IMG/VR virus record: IMGVR_UViG_3300032303_002965
Location: 2,315 to 66,314 of that record
Direction: 5' to 3' (one strand)
From: a virus
Taxonomy: Duplodnaviria; Caudoviricetes
DNA: 64,000 bases
Shown here: piece after piece, positions 46,401 to 53,588 of the stretch
Layout of the letters: the number at the start of each line of letters is the position of its first letter
Numbering within the stretch: the stretch's first letter is position 1
Program-made: the position numbers and the translations under genes
The notes under the pieces: generated by a model
What the model was told of the DNA's origin: nothing
Database searches by the model: none
The model's input: only the letters and a program-made list of their open reading frames with translations

Positions 46401-49099
46401 CAGCACCTGATCCATATATTAATACTGGCGCATTTCTTTTCGGTTCATATAATGGATGGGATCAAACATATGATTTAAATAAAAAGAATAATTATGGATA
46501 TGTTGATGATTATTTTTATTATCCTTATTTAGATATTAATTATGTATTTAGTGAAGAAAGTGGAAGAGCTTTTACTACAGGAGCAAATTCTGCAGTAGGA
46601 GAAAGAGCATTTTCTACTTTAGATAATTTTATATCAAGACCAACATATGGCGTTTCATCTAAAATGACATTAACTCCTAATAACTGGAATCATGTTGTAT
46701 ACTCTCATGAGAGTTTACCTACCGCCGCAAAATATAGATATTATATAAATGGAAATTTAGTAGCTTCTGGATATAAGAGTTATATTGGAAAACAAGCTCA
46801 ACCAATAAACCCAGAAATTGATTTTATTATTCTTGGTGGAACAATTTTAAAATCTGGTGGAGATACTGATACTACTAAGAATACATTAAAAAGAATTCTA
46901 TGTAATACATTCAATGGATATATTGGAGAACTTAGAATTGATGATTATGCAGTAACAGGATTGAGATATAATGTTCCTACAAGCTTATCTGATAGTGAAA
47001 GTGCTATATTTTATATTAATGGAGCAGAAAAAGGCTATAAATTAAAAGAAAAAAACAAAGAATATGTATTCTCACCAACTACTGGATTTTTAAAAGTACA
47101 AGATTCATTTAATCAAGTATTTTATACTGGAGTTTTTTACGAAAATGTATTCAATCTTGATTCTTGGTCAAATGTTCCATTAGAAAATCTTTATTCTGGA
47201 TCATTTGAAAGAAATACAGGGGTAGGTTCAAATACTTCTCCATTACAATTTAATATTTATAAAACTGGTGTTAGTAAATTTATAACTTCTACATGGAATG
47301 AAGGACAAGCAATTGTATTTCCTAATAAATTTAATAAAAATGTAGATCCTAATTTTAATTTAATATGTTTATATAATATATTTGGCACAGGAGATTATTC
47401 TGGAAATTATTATACAACAGGATTTCAAGTATCAGGATTAAGTGATACTGGATTTTATTTATTCTCTAATCAGAGACTTGATCATACTATAACAGGTAAT
47501 TTTTATATTGGACAAACTGGTATATTTACTGGAATTGATATTAATAATAAATTTTTTGAAATTAATTCTATTAGATTAAGTGGATCAAGATCTGATTTAA
47601 TTGGAGATAATTTTATCCTTTCTGGAAGTGGACTAATTCCAATAACAAGAAATATGCCTCAAAAAAATCCAGTAAGAATTTTTGGAAATGTTTATTGTGA
47701 ATCTGGATCAAGTAATGATAAACAAATCGTTGATTATTATAATTTTATATATACTACTGGTACACCATATTATATATCATTTTATACAAATCAACTTAAT
47801 CAAACAGGTTGGGCAAGTAGTAATGCTTTTTCTACTTCTACTCGTAATGTATTTTGGTTTACTGGATCATCTGGTAGTCAAGGATATTCTGGACAAAGTG
47901 GACAATCTGGGTCTGGAATTATAAATATTCTTCGTTCAAATAATTCTCATTTTATTGATTTTAATTTTACAGCCACAAATAATTCTGTTGGTTTTTCTGG
48001 TCCTGTTATTCTTAATTTTACAACAACTTTATTTAAAAGTGGAATAAGTGATTCTACATTTTTACCAATAACAGAAAAAACATATTCATTAGGTTATGGA
48101 ACTCAAACTCTTTCATTTACTGGGTTATTCGCTGCGAATAGTGGAGATAAAATATTATTATCTGGACAGAAAAGTACTCAATTAATTATTTATCCTAATT
48201 ATTTAAAAATAATAGGAGAATCAATACTAAATAATACAGGTTCATTTTATATTAAACTTAGTCCATCTGGATTAAAAACAAAACAATTTTTAACTGATGA
48301 TTTAAAAAGTAAAAATCAAAAATTAACAGGATTAAGATTTGATTATATAATAACTGATCTTGAAGTTAATTATTTAAGTCTAAAAAAAGTTCTTGGAGAA
48401 TCTACATTTGGTAGAATATCTTCTATTGGATTTGATGATGTGGGAAGTTCATCTATATTTGGAGGAACTGGAAATTATATTAAAGGGCTTGTTAATACCA
48501 TAGGAGGAGGAATTCAAAATAAAATTATTGGAGATTATAACGTTATTCCTGGAGGAAGATCTAATATAATTATAGATGAACCTGCAACTAATATTCCTCC
48601 ACAAGTATATTTTTCAACAATTCTAGGTGGTAATTTTAATAAAATTTCTGGTAATATTGTTGATGGAGTAATTCTAGGTGGAGAAAATAATTTAATGATA
48701 AATAATGCACGAGAAGCAAATAGGGAATTAATAGCTTCGTCAATTATTGGTGGAAAAAATAATCTTGTCTCTGGTTCTTATTCTACTATTATAGGAGGAA
48801 CAGATAATGTAATTAGCGGAAATTATTCTTATAATCTTGGTAGAAATATTATTAATAATACAAGTGGATCTATTGTTATTGGTGATGGAACAATAACTGG
48901 AAAAAGAAGTTTAAATAGAAATGCATTGACATTACATTTTAATAGTGGAATTTATATTACAGGAGTTGGAGCAGGCACAGCACCAATAATATTTGATTTA
49001 AATTCAATTCCAAGTTGGGATGGTTCTACTCCACCAGCACCAGTTCCAATTGGAGGTATATATAGAAATGCTTCCAGTTTACAAATTAGACTTTCTTAA
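40451..49099 (+). CDS. Giant tail fibre / adhesin (2882 aa)
   Basis: IPT repeats, a putative Ig domain, duplicated lectin-like modules, a LamG domain (YSISAWLYP...WNHVV...YYINGNL...FNGYIGELRI), and GGxxNxI trimeric beta repeats at the C-terminus. Confidence 0.8.
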   Translation: MAFTGYFKLLSSPPRITSPNLIAKTGDTIYISGKNFKYNINQISGRNIYDSSLDFYYYSGLNNTSTENVVSFTIPQEITPSNYGIYLYNNSGISENFINLKIIGAPSFSGLDKISGTSSDYIRISGANFYPLTNFQLINNSGVRYTPEQDTGLYSISSILADEAGTGYQIGTRYSLTGKKLFNSTSSGVFEITSTGISGSLYEISIINSGLFTVIDESVPLRYNIPLSNSNTTETGTISIFYDKYENTGNIQFIEFKVPKNINGLHSGIIENLRFKNDEATIFTGFNAVGVPIIYGFEPLTGNVDEQIVTLSGKNFSFVNKVFLGAKEVSFNKFNDTGINFLIPNLSETDYITISGSFGVDKSDQILNVNYPNIFASGFYPNDILLGTGSVISISGKYLQRINYIDLENSKILRPDITINSNGTSATFTLPNNFKTSEVKIFSLDFANTGFLIRSSNTDNKLIASTKLDEKNINFRYLSGVEAAKYLDEIEFFTSNTVSGDYGNLSGVDIFFLSSTGNKFITGDYSISGIKVQESATGLKIKIPREIKNPQCPIKIKRNKFGDEYILSSTKQIDVLPTIYNYKNNITTSNTGELIISGINATNVNQIFFSGNNLKDAFGFKNLSHGEVEILSKNINQITGFTSGNLTGYTVFSAKLGGNYVGGGSLFLFNNYYDSGIGYETLNINPISFLAARISGFRPKDSDIFTSEKSINVSLDRPFTYNIKTNTNCNIFEVYPSNEFGADNQLGDLLNRLNIGHNGQNIISGVPVSGGNYYFKIRTLNGDRIDEGMLLQVNINATSGRQVDIPGIIYQGDWKSDFRYIGDASRRDVVFYDLGLTSGTSGTQSGSKYWYAAKNNIGIPPATTGSGSAFWIQFSNEFNATATKILLAEESNITNSLNIGKGGTFSGFIKSVNDVNANTGSGFFLGYDNSYNSGLAKFRVGNDDNYIKFDGIGLDIVGPLSGVITTSRNVKNTYNQVKSNYSVVVGFNNLIETGSDNSMVIGSNNTILQDNQSTFIFGENNQATGSQRAAISAGSKNIITGTKDYISFDSNILGGRENFVFGSYSNIVGGKNNYIDSVGSGYNSISDYLFDDVITGLSGSGIFNKTISYIKPRTDNNLSILTSLELKGVDIDASGLIFRERYSADTFGTIKRQSILNLKISGITSKDYSLYYDNPISFDTGVFSGIASGTISGVVNGYGNVILQSGISLSGAGTGQGLLAGTLTGSGLYNIGTGYYYQNYSYSVPVLNSLYDTGILSSTTTGLSGVYSFIDIVTGTGSDINSTRDKYGYPIGNINSGLIGKILNSGGFRTARISGLIDTAQYISGNGPIGINYTLPRSNDFAQGFQTEFVGYYTGFIGTTNKNSGIYLYFYTPENDIPTGNSGNAAGLGYVINFSPRDSKVSIYWADSQTPLVQSSALGELNNVGQTINNWPLTGKVVFQTGKFDVYLNRFGIGDMGYQQVITGYIDPLFTTRNKSNRGFGYGSFGNSVSTSTAAIRDIKFNVGTRNLIKETGVFKGLISPFYCETDGPLDVYSSSARINYNLGTTGVFDKFSGEFYTNNKDVSSFYWLAKGTVFPNTSPSTGDSYPQIYSSNPPDWDGYQMILDPIQQNISLYWGKDQISSLSRSQISLWDKISFVGNYYNTNYFPPVVSLDVYENDNFLGTLFDVYTGFPSLPPRLLSYDYYSFATIPGINANSRNLGINVEKSFVNAINQSSAVRKNSIRDFKFSGWSPALGGTSFKTINDLNQNQNMPTGTLHVSTGVGLNSDFNYDYLYMNTMTSGLITGRESRFISGPGQITAFSSGILDVNNLYYTNSLGTRTFQKTPFVTGIKRLYNFDTSVTYTTHELITTAKHVIIPLDKNKDFVNDVVSNNNSSYSISAWLYPQAPLVANQKNAKDTTGNFASTQIFISFNEGELENTYPNESVPGTNSFGLFAGIVETSGYKDVVYPGVFQTGAYNRISYGGDSLTTLANYALVTNPGVTTPAPDPYINTGAFLFGSYNGWDQTYDLNKKNNYGYVDDYFYYPYLDINYVFSEESGRAFTTGANSAVGERAFSTLDNFISRPTYGVSSKMTLTPNNWNHVVYSHESLPTAAKYRYYINGNLVASGYKSYIGKQAQPINPEIDFIILGGTILKSGGDTDTTKNTLKRILCNTFNGYIGELRIDDYAVTGLRYNVPTSLSDSESAIFYINGAEKGYKLKEKNKEYVFSPTTGFLKVQDSFNQVFYTGVFYENVFNLDSWSNVPLENLYSGSFERNTGVGSNTSPLQFNIYKTGVSKFITSTWNEGQAIVFPNKFNKNVDPNFNLICLYNIFGTGDYSGNYYTTGFQVSGLSDTGFYLFSNQRLDHTITGNFYIGQTGIFTGIDINNKFFEINSIRLSGSRSDLIGDNFILSGSGLIPITRNMPQKNPVRIFGNVYCESGSSNDKQIVDYYNFIYTTGTPYYISFYTNQLNQTGWASSNAFSTSTRNVFWFTGSSGSQGYSGQSGQSGSGIINILRSNNSHFIDFNFTATNNSVGFSGPVILNFTTTLFKSGISDSTFLPITEKTYSLGYGTQTLSFTGLFAANSGDKILLSGQKSTQLIIYPNYLKIIGESILNNTGSFYIKLSPSGLKTKQFLTDDLKSKNQKLTGLRFDYIITDLEVNYLSLKKVLGESTFGRISSIGFDDVGSSSIFGGTGNYIKGLVNTIGGGIQNKIIGDYNVIPGGRSNIIIDEPATNIPPQVYFSTILGGNFNKISGNIVDGVILGGENNLMINNAREANRELIASSIIGGKNNLVSGSYSTIIGGTDNVISGNYSYNLGRNIINNTSGSIVIGDGTITGKRSLNRNALTLHFNSGIYITGVGAGTAPIIFDLNSIPSWDGSTPPAPVPIGGIYRNASSLQIRLS

Positions 49100-49874
49100 G
49101 TCTTTCTATTAATTCAAATACTTTACTTTTTGGAATATCTTTTGCAGAATTAAAATTATCTGCATTTTCAAACTTTTCTTTGACTAATTTCTTTTTTAAA
49201 ACCTCAAATGAAATATTTTTTTCTTGCATGATCTTATCAAGAAGAGCTGTAGGATTCATTGGATTATCTTTTTCTGTCTCTTCTTTTGAAATCAAACCTA
49301 ATTTAGCATCTCCCAATTCTTCTTGAGATACAATATTAATTTTTAAGAAATTACGTACACAACGAACAAAAGCTCTATTTTCAGCTATTGCTGCTAAGAA
49401 ATAACGAGCAAAATCTTTAGTATTCACTAAAGAAGCGTCTGCAAGAGCTTCAAATGATACTATACGATTCTCTGTTTCATAATTTGGAACCCAAGTAATT
49501 TTACAAGATGTAGCGAAATAATTATCTGTTGCTGTTACTACTTTGTATTCTACGCTAGTAAAACCTCTAATTTGAGCAAGTTCTTTTATGCCTCCCAAAA
49601 GAATTAATAAATCTTTATCTTCTAATTTGGAAACATCTGTCTCTTGTGTTCTTTGACGATTTGGAACAAGATATTGAGATTTAACCATAGCTCTCCAATT
49701 AATCGAACCATCATCATTAAATTGATAAGTTATATTATCATTCTCTAATAAACCATATTGATTTCTAATGAATAACTTTGGAGGTAAAATTTTAGCTTGG
49801 AGGATTGTTATATCTGTTTTAATAGACTCTGCTTTAGAGAGTTCTGAACTTCCAATTGATATTGTTTGTTCCAT
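49086..49874 (-). CDS. Possible Rad52/Sak-like single-strand annealing protein
   Basis: LLILLGGIKELA..RG...A.AENRAFVRCVRNFLKI..VSQEEL resembles the SSAP core; charged C-terminal tail. Confidence 0.4.
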   Translation of the reverse strand: MEQTISIGSSELSKAESIKTDITILQAKILPPKLFIRNQYGLLENDNITYQFNDDGSINWRAMVKSQYLVPNRQRTQETDVSKLEDKDLLILLGGIKELAQIRGFTSVEYKVVTATDNYFATSCKITWVPNYETENRIVSFEALADASLVNTKDFARYFLAAIAENRAFVRCVRNFLKINIVSQEELGDAKLGLISKEETEKDNPMNPTALLDKIMQEKNISFEVLKKKLVKEKFENADNFNSAKDIPKSKVFELIERLKKV

Positions 49875-49880
49875 TTAATG

Positions 49881-49909
49881 ATATTACTATACTTTTATTT
49901 TTATGTCAA
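49881..49909 (-). promoter_or_regulatory. sigma70-type promoter TTGACA-N17-TAATAT
   Basis: -35 at 49904-49909, -10 at 49881-49886, 17-nt spacer. Confidence 0.7.
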
Positions 49910-51058
49910 CTCATAAATATAAAAATATTTTGCTTCTTCCCAAAAATCATCATTGTCAATTATTTCAATAGGTTTATCTGTAATTGGTATATTTGCTTTA
50001 TAAGCAGCTTTTGATGGATATATTTTTCCTTGACTGATGGTATATTTATTTGATTTATAATAAAGATTATTTAAATTATTATTAATAATATCATTTTTGG
50101 TGCTTTTTGGAGATCTATTTACTGGAGAAATATCCAAATATTTTAATTTTATGCTCTTTATAAAATCTTCAGATAAAGATGTAGAGATAACAAATGGTCT
50201 AGCTAACTTTTGTAATTGTTTTGCAAAAATTGGATTATGATCTTCTTTTATATCATAAATAACTTGATCAATATGAGGCTTAAAAGCATTTAAAAGATCA
50301 TAATTTATAGGTTTATTTGTTACTATTGAACAACGATTTCTTTTTAATTGTTCTGCAAGAATATTTTCATTAAATTCGTAATCCATTCTTACAATTAATG
50401 ATTCAATTTGAAATTGAGATATATCCGCTATTACCATATTTGGTACAGATTCTATTAATTTTCTATTATAAGATTCGCCCAAATAAATAGTATTAACATC
50501 GTTTTGTTGTAAATTTAAATATTTTAATACTTCATTGGCAATCTTTGCTGGATCAATTTTATTGATACTCTTTGGATTTTCTACAGCAGAATAACTTGGC
50601 TTTTTAGTTCTGTCTACTTCAAATATTTTATATTTAGATTTTTTATTAAAATATGGTCCAGCATTTTCTGGTCTACTATTAGAATATAAAGCTATGATTT
50701 TTTTATCATAATGACTTGCTATATGCACTCCAAAACTATCAACACCAAGATGTATTATGCTATTTTTAATAATATAAGCCGCTTGACTTATGCTAGTTTT
50801 TCCTTGCAAATGATAACAATTATCTATTGGTTTTTCATCTTTGCCACCAATTTGAATTATATGAATATTTTCAGCTTGTAGTTTTGGAAATATTTGATTT
50901 ATAACTTCTTGCCAATAATCATAACTCTTAGCATCATACTTGCTATATGGCTGAAAAGATATATACTTCTCAAATGGAATTGGACAATATTTATCATAGA
51001 TAAATGGCTCATCTATTTTAAGACCACAGTTTAGAGCATATGTTTCAATTAGATGCAT
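49901..51058 (-). CDS. Glycosyltransferase GT9-like C-terminal domain fused to an unknown domain
   Basis: AKSYDYWQEVI...IIQIGG...GKTSISQAAYIIKNSIIHLGVDSFGVHIAS...KIIALYS...GPY. Confidence 0.72.
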   Translation of the reverse strand: MHLIETYALNCGLKIDEPFIYDKYCPIPFEKYISFQPYSKYDAKSYDYWQEVINQIFPKLQAENIHIIQIGGKDEKPIDNCYHLQGKTSISQAAYIIKNSIIHLGVDSFGVHIASHYDKKIIALYSNSRPENAGPYFNKKSKYKIFEVDRTKKPSYSAVENPKSINKIDPAKIANEVLKYLNLQQNDVNTIYLGESYNRKLIESVPNMVIADISQFQIESLIVRMDYEFNENILAEQLKRNRCSIVTNKPINYDLLNAFKPHIDQVIYDIKEDHNPIFAKQLQKLARPFVISTSLSEDFIKSIKLKYLDISPVNRSPKSTKNDIINNNLNNLYYKSNKYTISQGKIYPSKAAYKANIPITDKPIEIIDNDDFWEEAKYFYIYELT

Positions 51059-52964
51059 ATTTATAATCCTTATAAGCTATTTTAGTTTTACCATTATGTA
51101 AATATGTTAAAAATCTTTGAGTCTGAGAATATGGTAAAAATGCAATATCAAAAAATCCTTTATGATCTCCTGCTCCTTCAAGCCAAATTAAACTATCCAT
51201 TTGTTGAACATATGGTATCACTTTATGTATATATGGATTAGCGTCAAGAATATCAAAATATTCTTGCTTAGTTGCGACATATAAATTATATTCGGGATAT
51301 TGTTCTTTTATAGATTTAAATAAACTAGTAGATAAAAATACATCTCCAATACTTTCTGGGATTACATATAATAATCTTTTACCTTCGTCATTTTTATCTA
51401 AAAGATCTTCAAATGATATTTTTTTTAACTCTTGATTTTTTTGATTGGCTATTTGTCTAAAATAGTTTTCTATATCTATTCTTTTTGCTCCTTTGCCCAA
51501 CTCATTAAGCCAATGTTTTAAACCATCGTCATTTTCGTTTATTTCTTTCATTTTTAATATATTATGATACATACATTTTAACCATTCTGTATTATTTTTA
51601 ATTTCTGGAATATTAAAATATGGATCTTTTTCTTCAATATTAATTGACAAATCTTTATCAGCAAAATTACAATTGTCTATGAAATCTTCTAATATTTTTC
51701 CAATAGTTTCAATAGAATAATTTTTAATTGTCCATTCTCTTGCTTGTTTTTCAAGTTTAGTTTTTTCTTCTTTAGACATAGAATATACTTTTTGTAAATT
51801 CGATGCAATAGATTTTGGACATGTAGATGCTTTAATAAATTCTGTACCATGCTCTCTATACTCTGACCATTCTAAAGGCAAACTACAGGCATCTTCTTGA
51901 CACATTTCTTCTCCGCAACTATAATTTGTAACTAATGTAATTAATTCGGTAAGTTTTGCTTCTTGAATAGGTATTTCTTGACCTCCACTAGTAAATGGAT
52001 GACAATAAACATCCATCAGATTATAAATTTCATTTAATTCTTCTTCTGTAACTCCAACGCCTACATTCGTGGTTATTTGAGATTTTTGAGATCTGCAATA
52101 TTTACAATCTTGATCTTGTCCTGTAAAATTTTTAACTTCATACTCACCACAAGCTCTACAAATATAAGTAGTATATATCTCTCTAGGATCAATATTATAT
52201 TCTTGAGCCAATTTAAGGATATTCCATCCTTCACTAAAATGAGTATGTAATAGTAATCCAGAGTTTTTTATATTATTTTGCTTTTTCCAAATGGCATAAC
52301 CTTCTAATAGATTAGGCACACTTTTTCTCAATTGATTTCTAAAAACGAAACCAATTAAAAATTTATTTTTATCAATATTAAACTTATTTCTGATGGCTAA
52401 TCTTTTTTCATCAGATAATCTAAAAAAGTTTTTAGTTTCTAATGCTCCATGAACAGTATTAACATGTTTATGAGCTAATTTATGTAATGCTTTTGTTGCA
52501 AAATCACTCCATATCCAATAATTTTTAACTTTAGGTGCACAATTTATAGCTGAATCAAGAATAGGTAAAGAATCTAAAGTAGTCCAAATAACAGAATTAA
52601 TTTTATTAAACCAAGGTTTATCTATAGCAAAATCTACTCCCCAAATATCTTGCGCAGCAATATAAACATCAGGTTTTTCTTGTTGAATAACTTCATCTAA
52701 AAGATAGGCCCCGTAGCTTGCCATTCTTGCTAGATGTGGGTCTTTATTGAGTTTTTCTAAATCTTCAGGATTTGTTGGTAATGAACCTAAACTTTTCCAT
52801 GGAGTTCTATCTAATTGGGGATTACCTTTTTGCATTCCACAACAATAATGTGCTATATCATATTTTCCAGTATTATATAAATATGACAATATAGCTTTAG
52901 AATTTCTACCAAAACCAGTTTTTGCTAAAGAAAAATCTGATTGAAAAACTACTTTTTTACGCAT
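51045..52964 (-). CDS. GT-B glycosyltransferase (GT4-like) with Cys4 insert and C-terminal GT9-like N-domain
   Basis: GFVFRNQLRKSVPNLLEG; ELNEIYNLMDVYCHPFTSGGQEIPIQEAKLT; C-terminal LLYVIPESIGDVFLSTSLFKSIKEQYPE..L.VAT...DILDANPYIHKVI. Confidence 0.85.
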   Translation of the reverse strand: MRKKVVFQSDFSLAKTGFGRNSKAILSYLYNTGKYDIAHYCCGMQKGNPQLDRTPWKSLGSLPTNPEDLEKLNKDPHLARMASYGAYLLDEVIQQEKPDVYIAAQDIWGVDFAIDKPWFNKINSVIWTTLDSLPILDSAINCAPKVKNYWIWSDFATKALHKLAHKHVNTVHGALETKNFFRLSDEKRLAIRNKFNIDKNKFLIGFVFRNQLRKSVPNLLEGYAIWKKQNNIKNSGLLLHTHFSEGWNILKLAQEYNIDPREIYTTYICRACGEYEVKNFTGQDQDCKYCRSQKSQITTNVGVGVTEEELNEIYNLMDVYCHPFTSGGQEIPIQEAKLTELITLVTNYSCGEEMCQEDACSLPLEWSEYREHGTEFIKASTCPKSIASNLQKVYSMSKEEKTKLEKQAREWTIKNYSIETIGKILEDFIDNCNFADKDLSINIEEKDPYFNIPEIKNNTEWLKCMYHNILKMKEINENDDGLKHWLNELGKGAKRIDIENYFRQIANQKNQELKKISFEDLLDKNDEGKRLLYVIPESIGDVFLSTSLFKSIKEQYPEYNLYVATKQEYFDILDANPYIHKVIPYVQQMDSLIWLEGAGDHKGFFDIAFLPYSQTQRFLTYLHNGKTKIAYKDYKYASN

Positions 52965-52969
52965 TTAAA

Positions 52970-53551
52970 TTACCAAAGATCTTCTTCGTTCTCAGATAAT
53001 ACGGACTCTTCTGTGTCCTCTACTTCATCCTTTTGCTTTTTTTGTTCAATAGCTTTAGATTTATTATTTTTAAGTCTTTTAATTTCTTCGCTTCTTTCTG
53101 TAGAAAGAATATGACTTAATCCAAATTTAATATATTCTGCAATTAAACGAGCTTCTGCGAAAGTAAAACCTATTAGAAAACTAATAGCTGGTTGAGCAGT
53201 TTGAGTTTTAGAATTTTTAATTACATTTAAACTATATCCAATTTGTTTTTCTTCTCTAATATATGGAGAAAATTTAATTCCTAACTTTTGATTTTCAGAA
53301 TTATGAAAAAAATCTGCAGTTCTGTTATTATCTAGTGCGTCAAGAATCCCACATACTTCGATTTTAGAAAGTTTAACTACTACTTTCTTCTCTGGATTTT
53401 GAGCGTTCTCAGAGAAACTTCCGATTTTCTTTTGATCATTCCAGCTGGCTTGTTTAATTAAATTTAAATAAAAATTGCCATCAAGATTATTGAAAGAAAA
53501 GCTACAAGCTGTGCCAGTTACTCTAGGTGTTGGTTTATAAATTTGTATCAT
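52970..53551 (-). CDS. Possible ssDNA-binding protein (PC4/Whirly-like)
   Basis: Repeated beta-strand-then-helix pattern and an acidic tail ending EESVLSENEEDLW; next to the polymerase. Confidence 0.4.
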   Translation of the reverse strand: MIQIYKPTPRVTGTACSFSFNNLDGNFYLNLIKQASWNDQKKIGSFSENAQNPEKKVVVKLSKIEVCGILDALDNNRTADFFHNSENQKLGIKFSPYIREEKQIGYSLNVIKNSKTQTAQPAISFLIGFTFAEARLIAEYIKFGLSHILSTERSEEIKRLKNNKSKAIEQKKQKDEVEDTEESVLSENEEDLW

Positions 53552-53558
53552 ATACTAA

Positions 53559-53587
53559 ATATTATCAGTTCTTTAATTAAAAGTCAA
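53559..53587 (-). promoter_or_regulatory. sigma70-type promoter TTGACT-N17-TAATAT
   Basis: -35 at 53582-53587, -10 at 53559-53564. Confidence 0.65.
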
Positions 53588-53588
53588 A

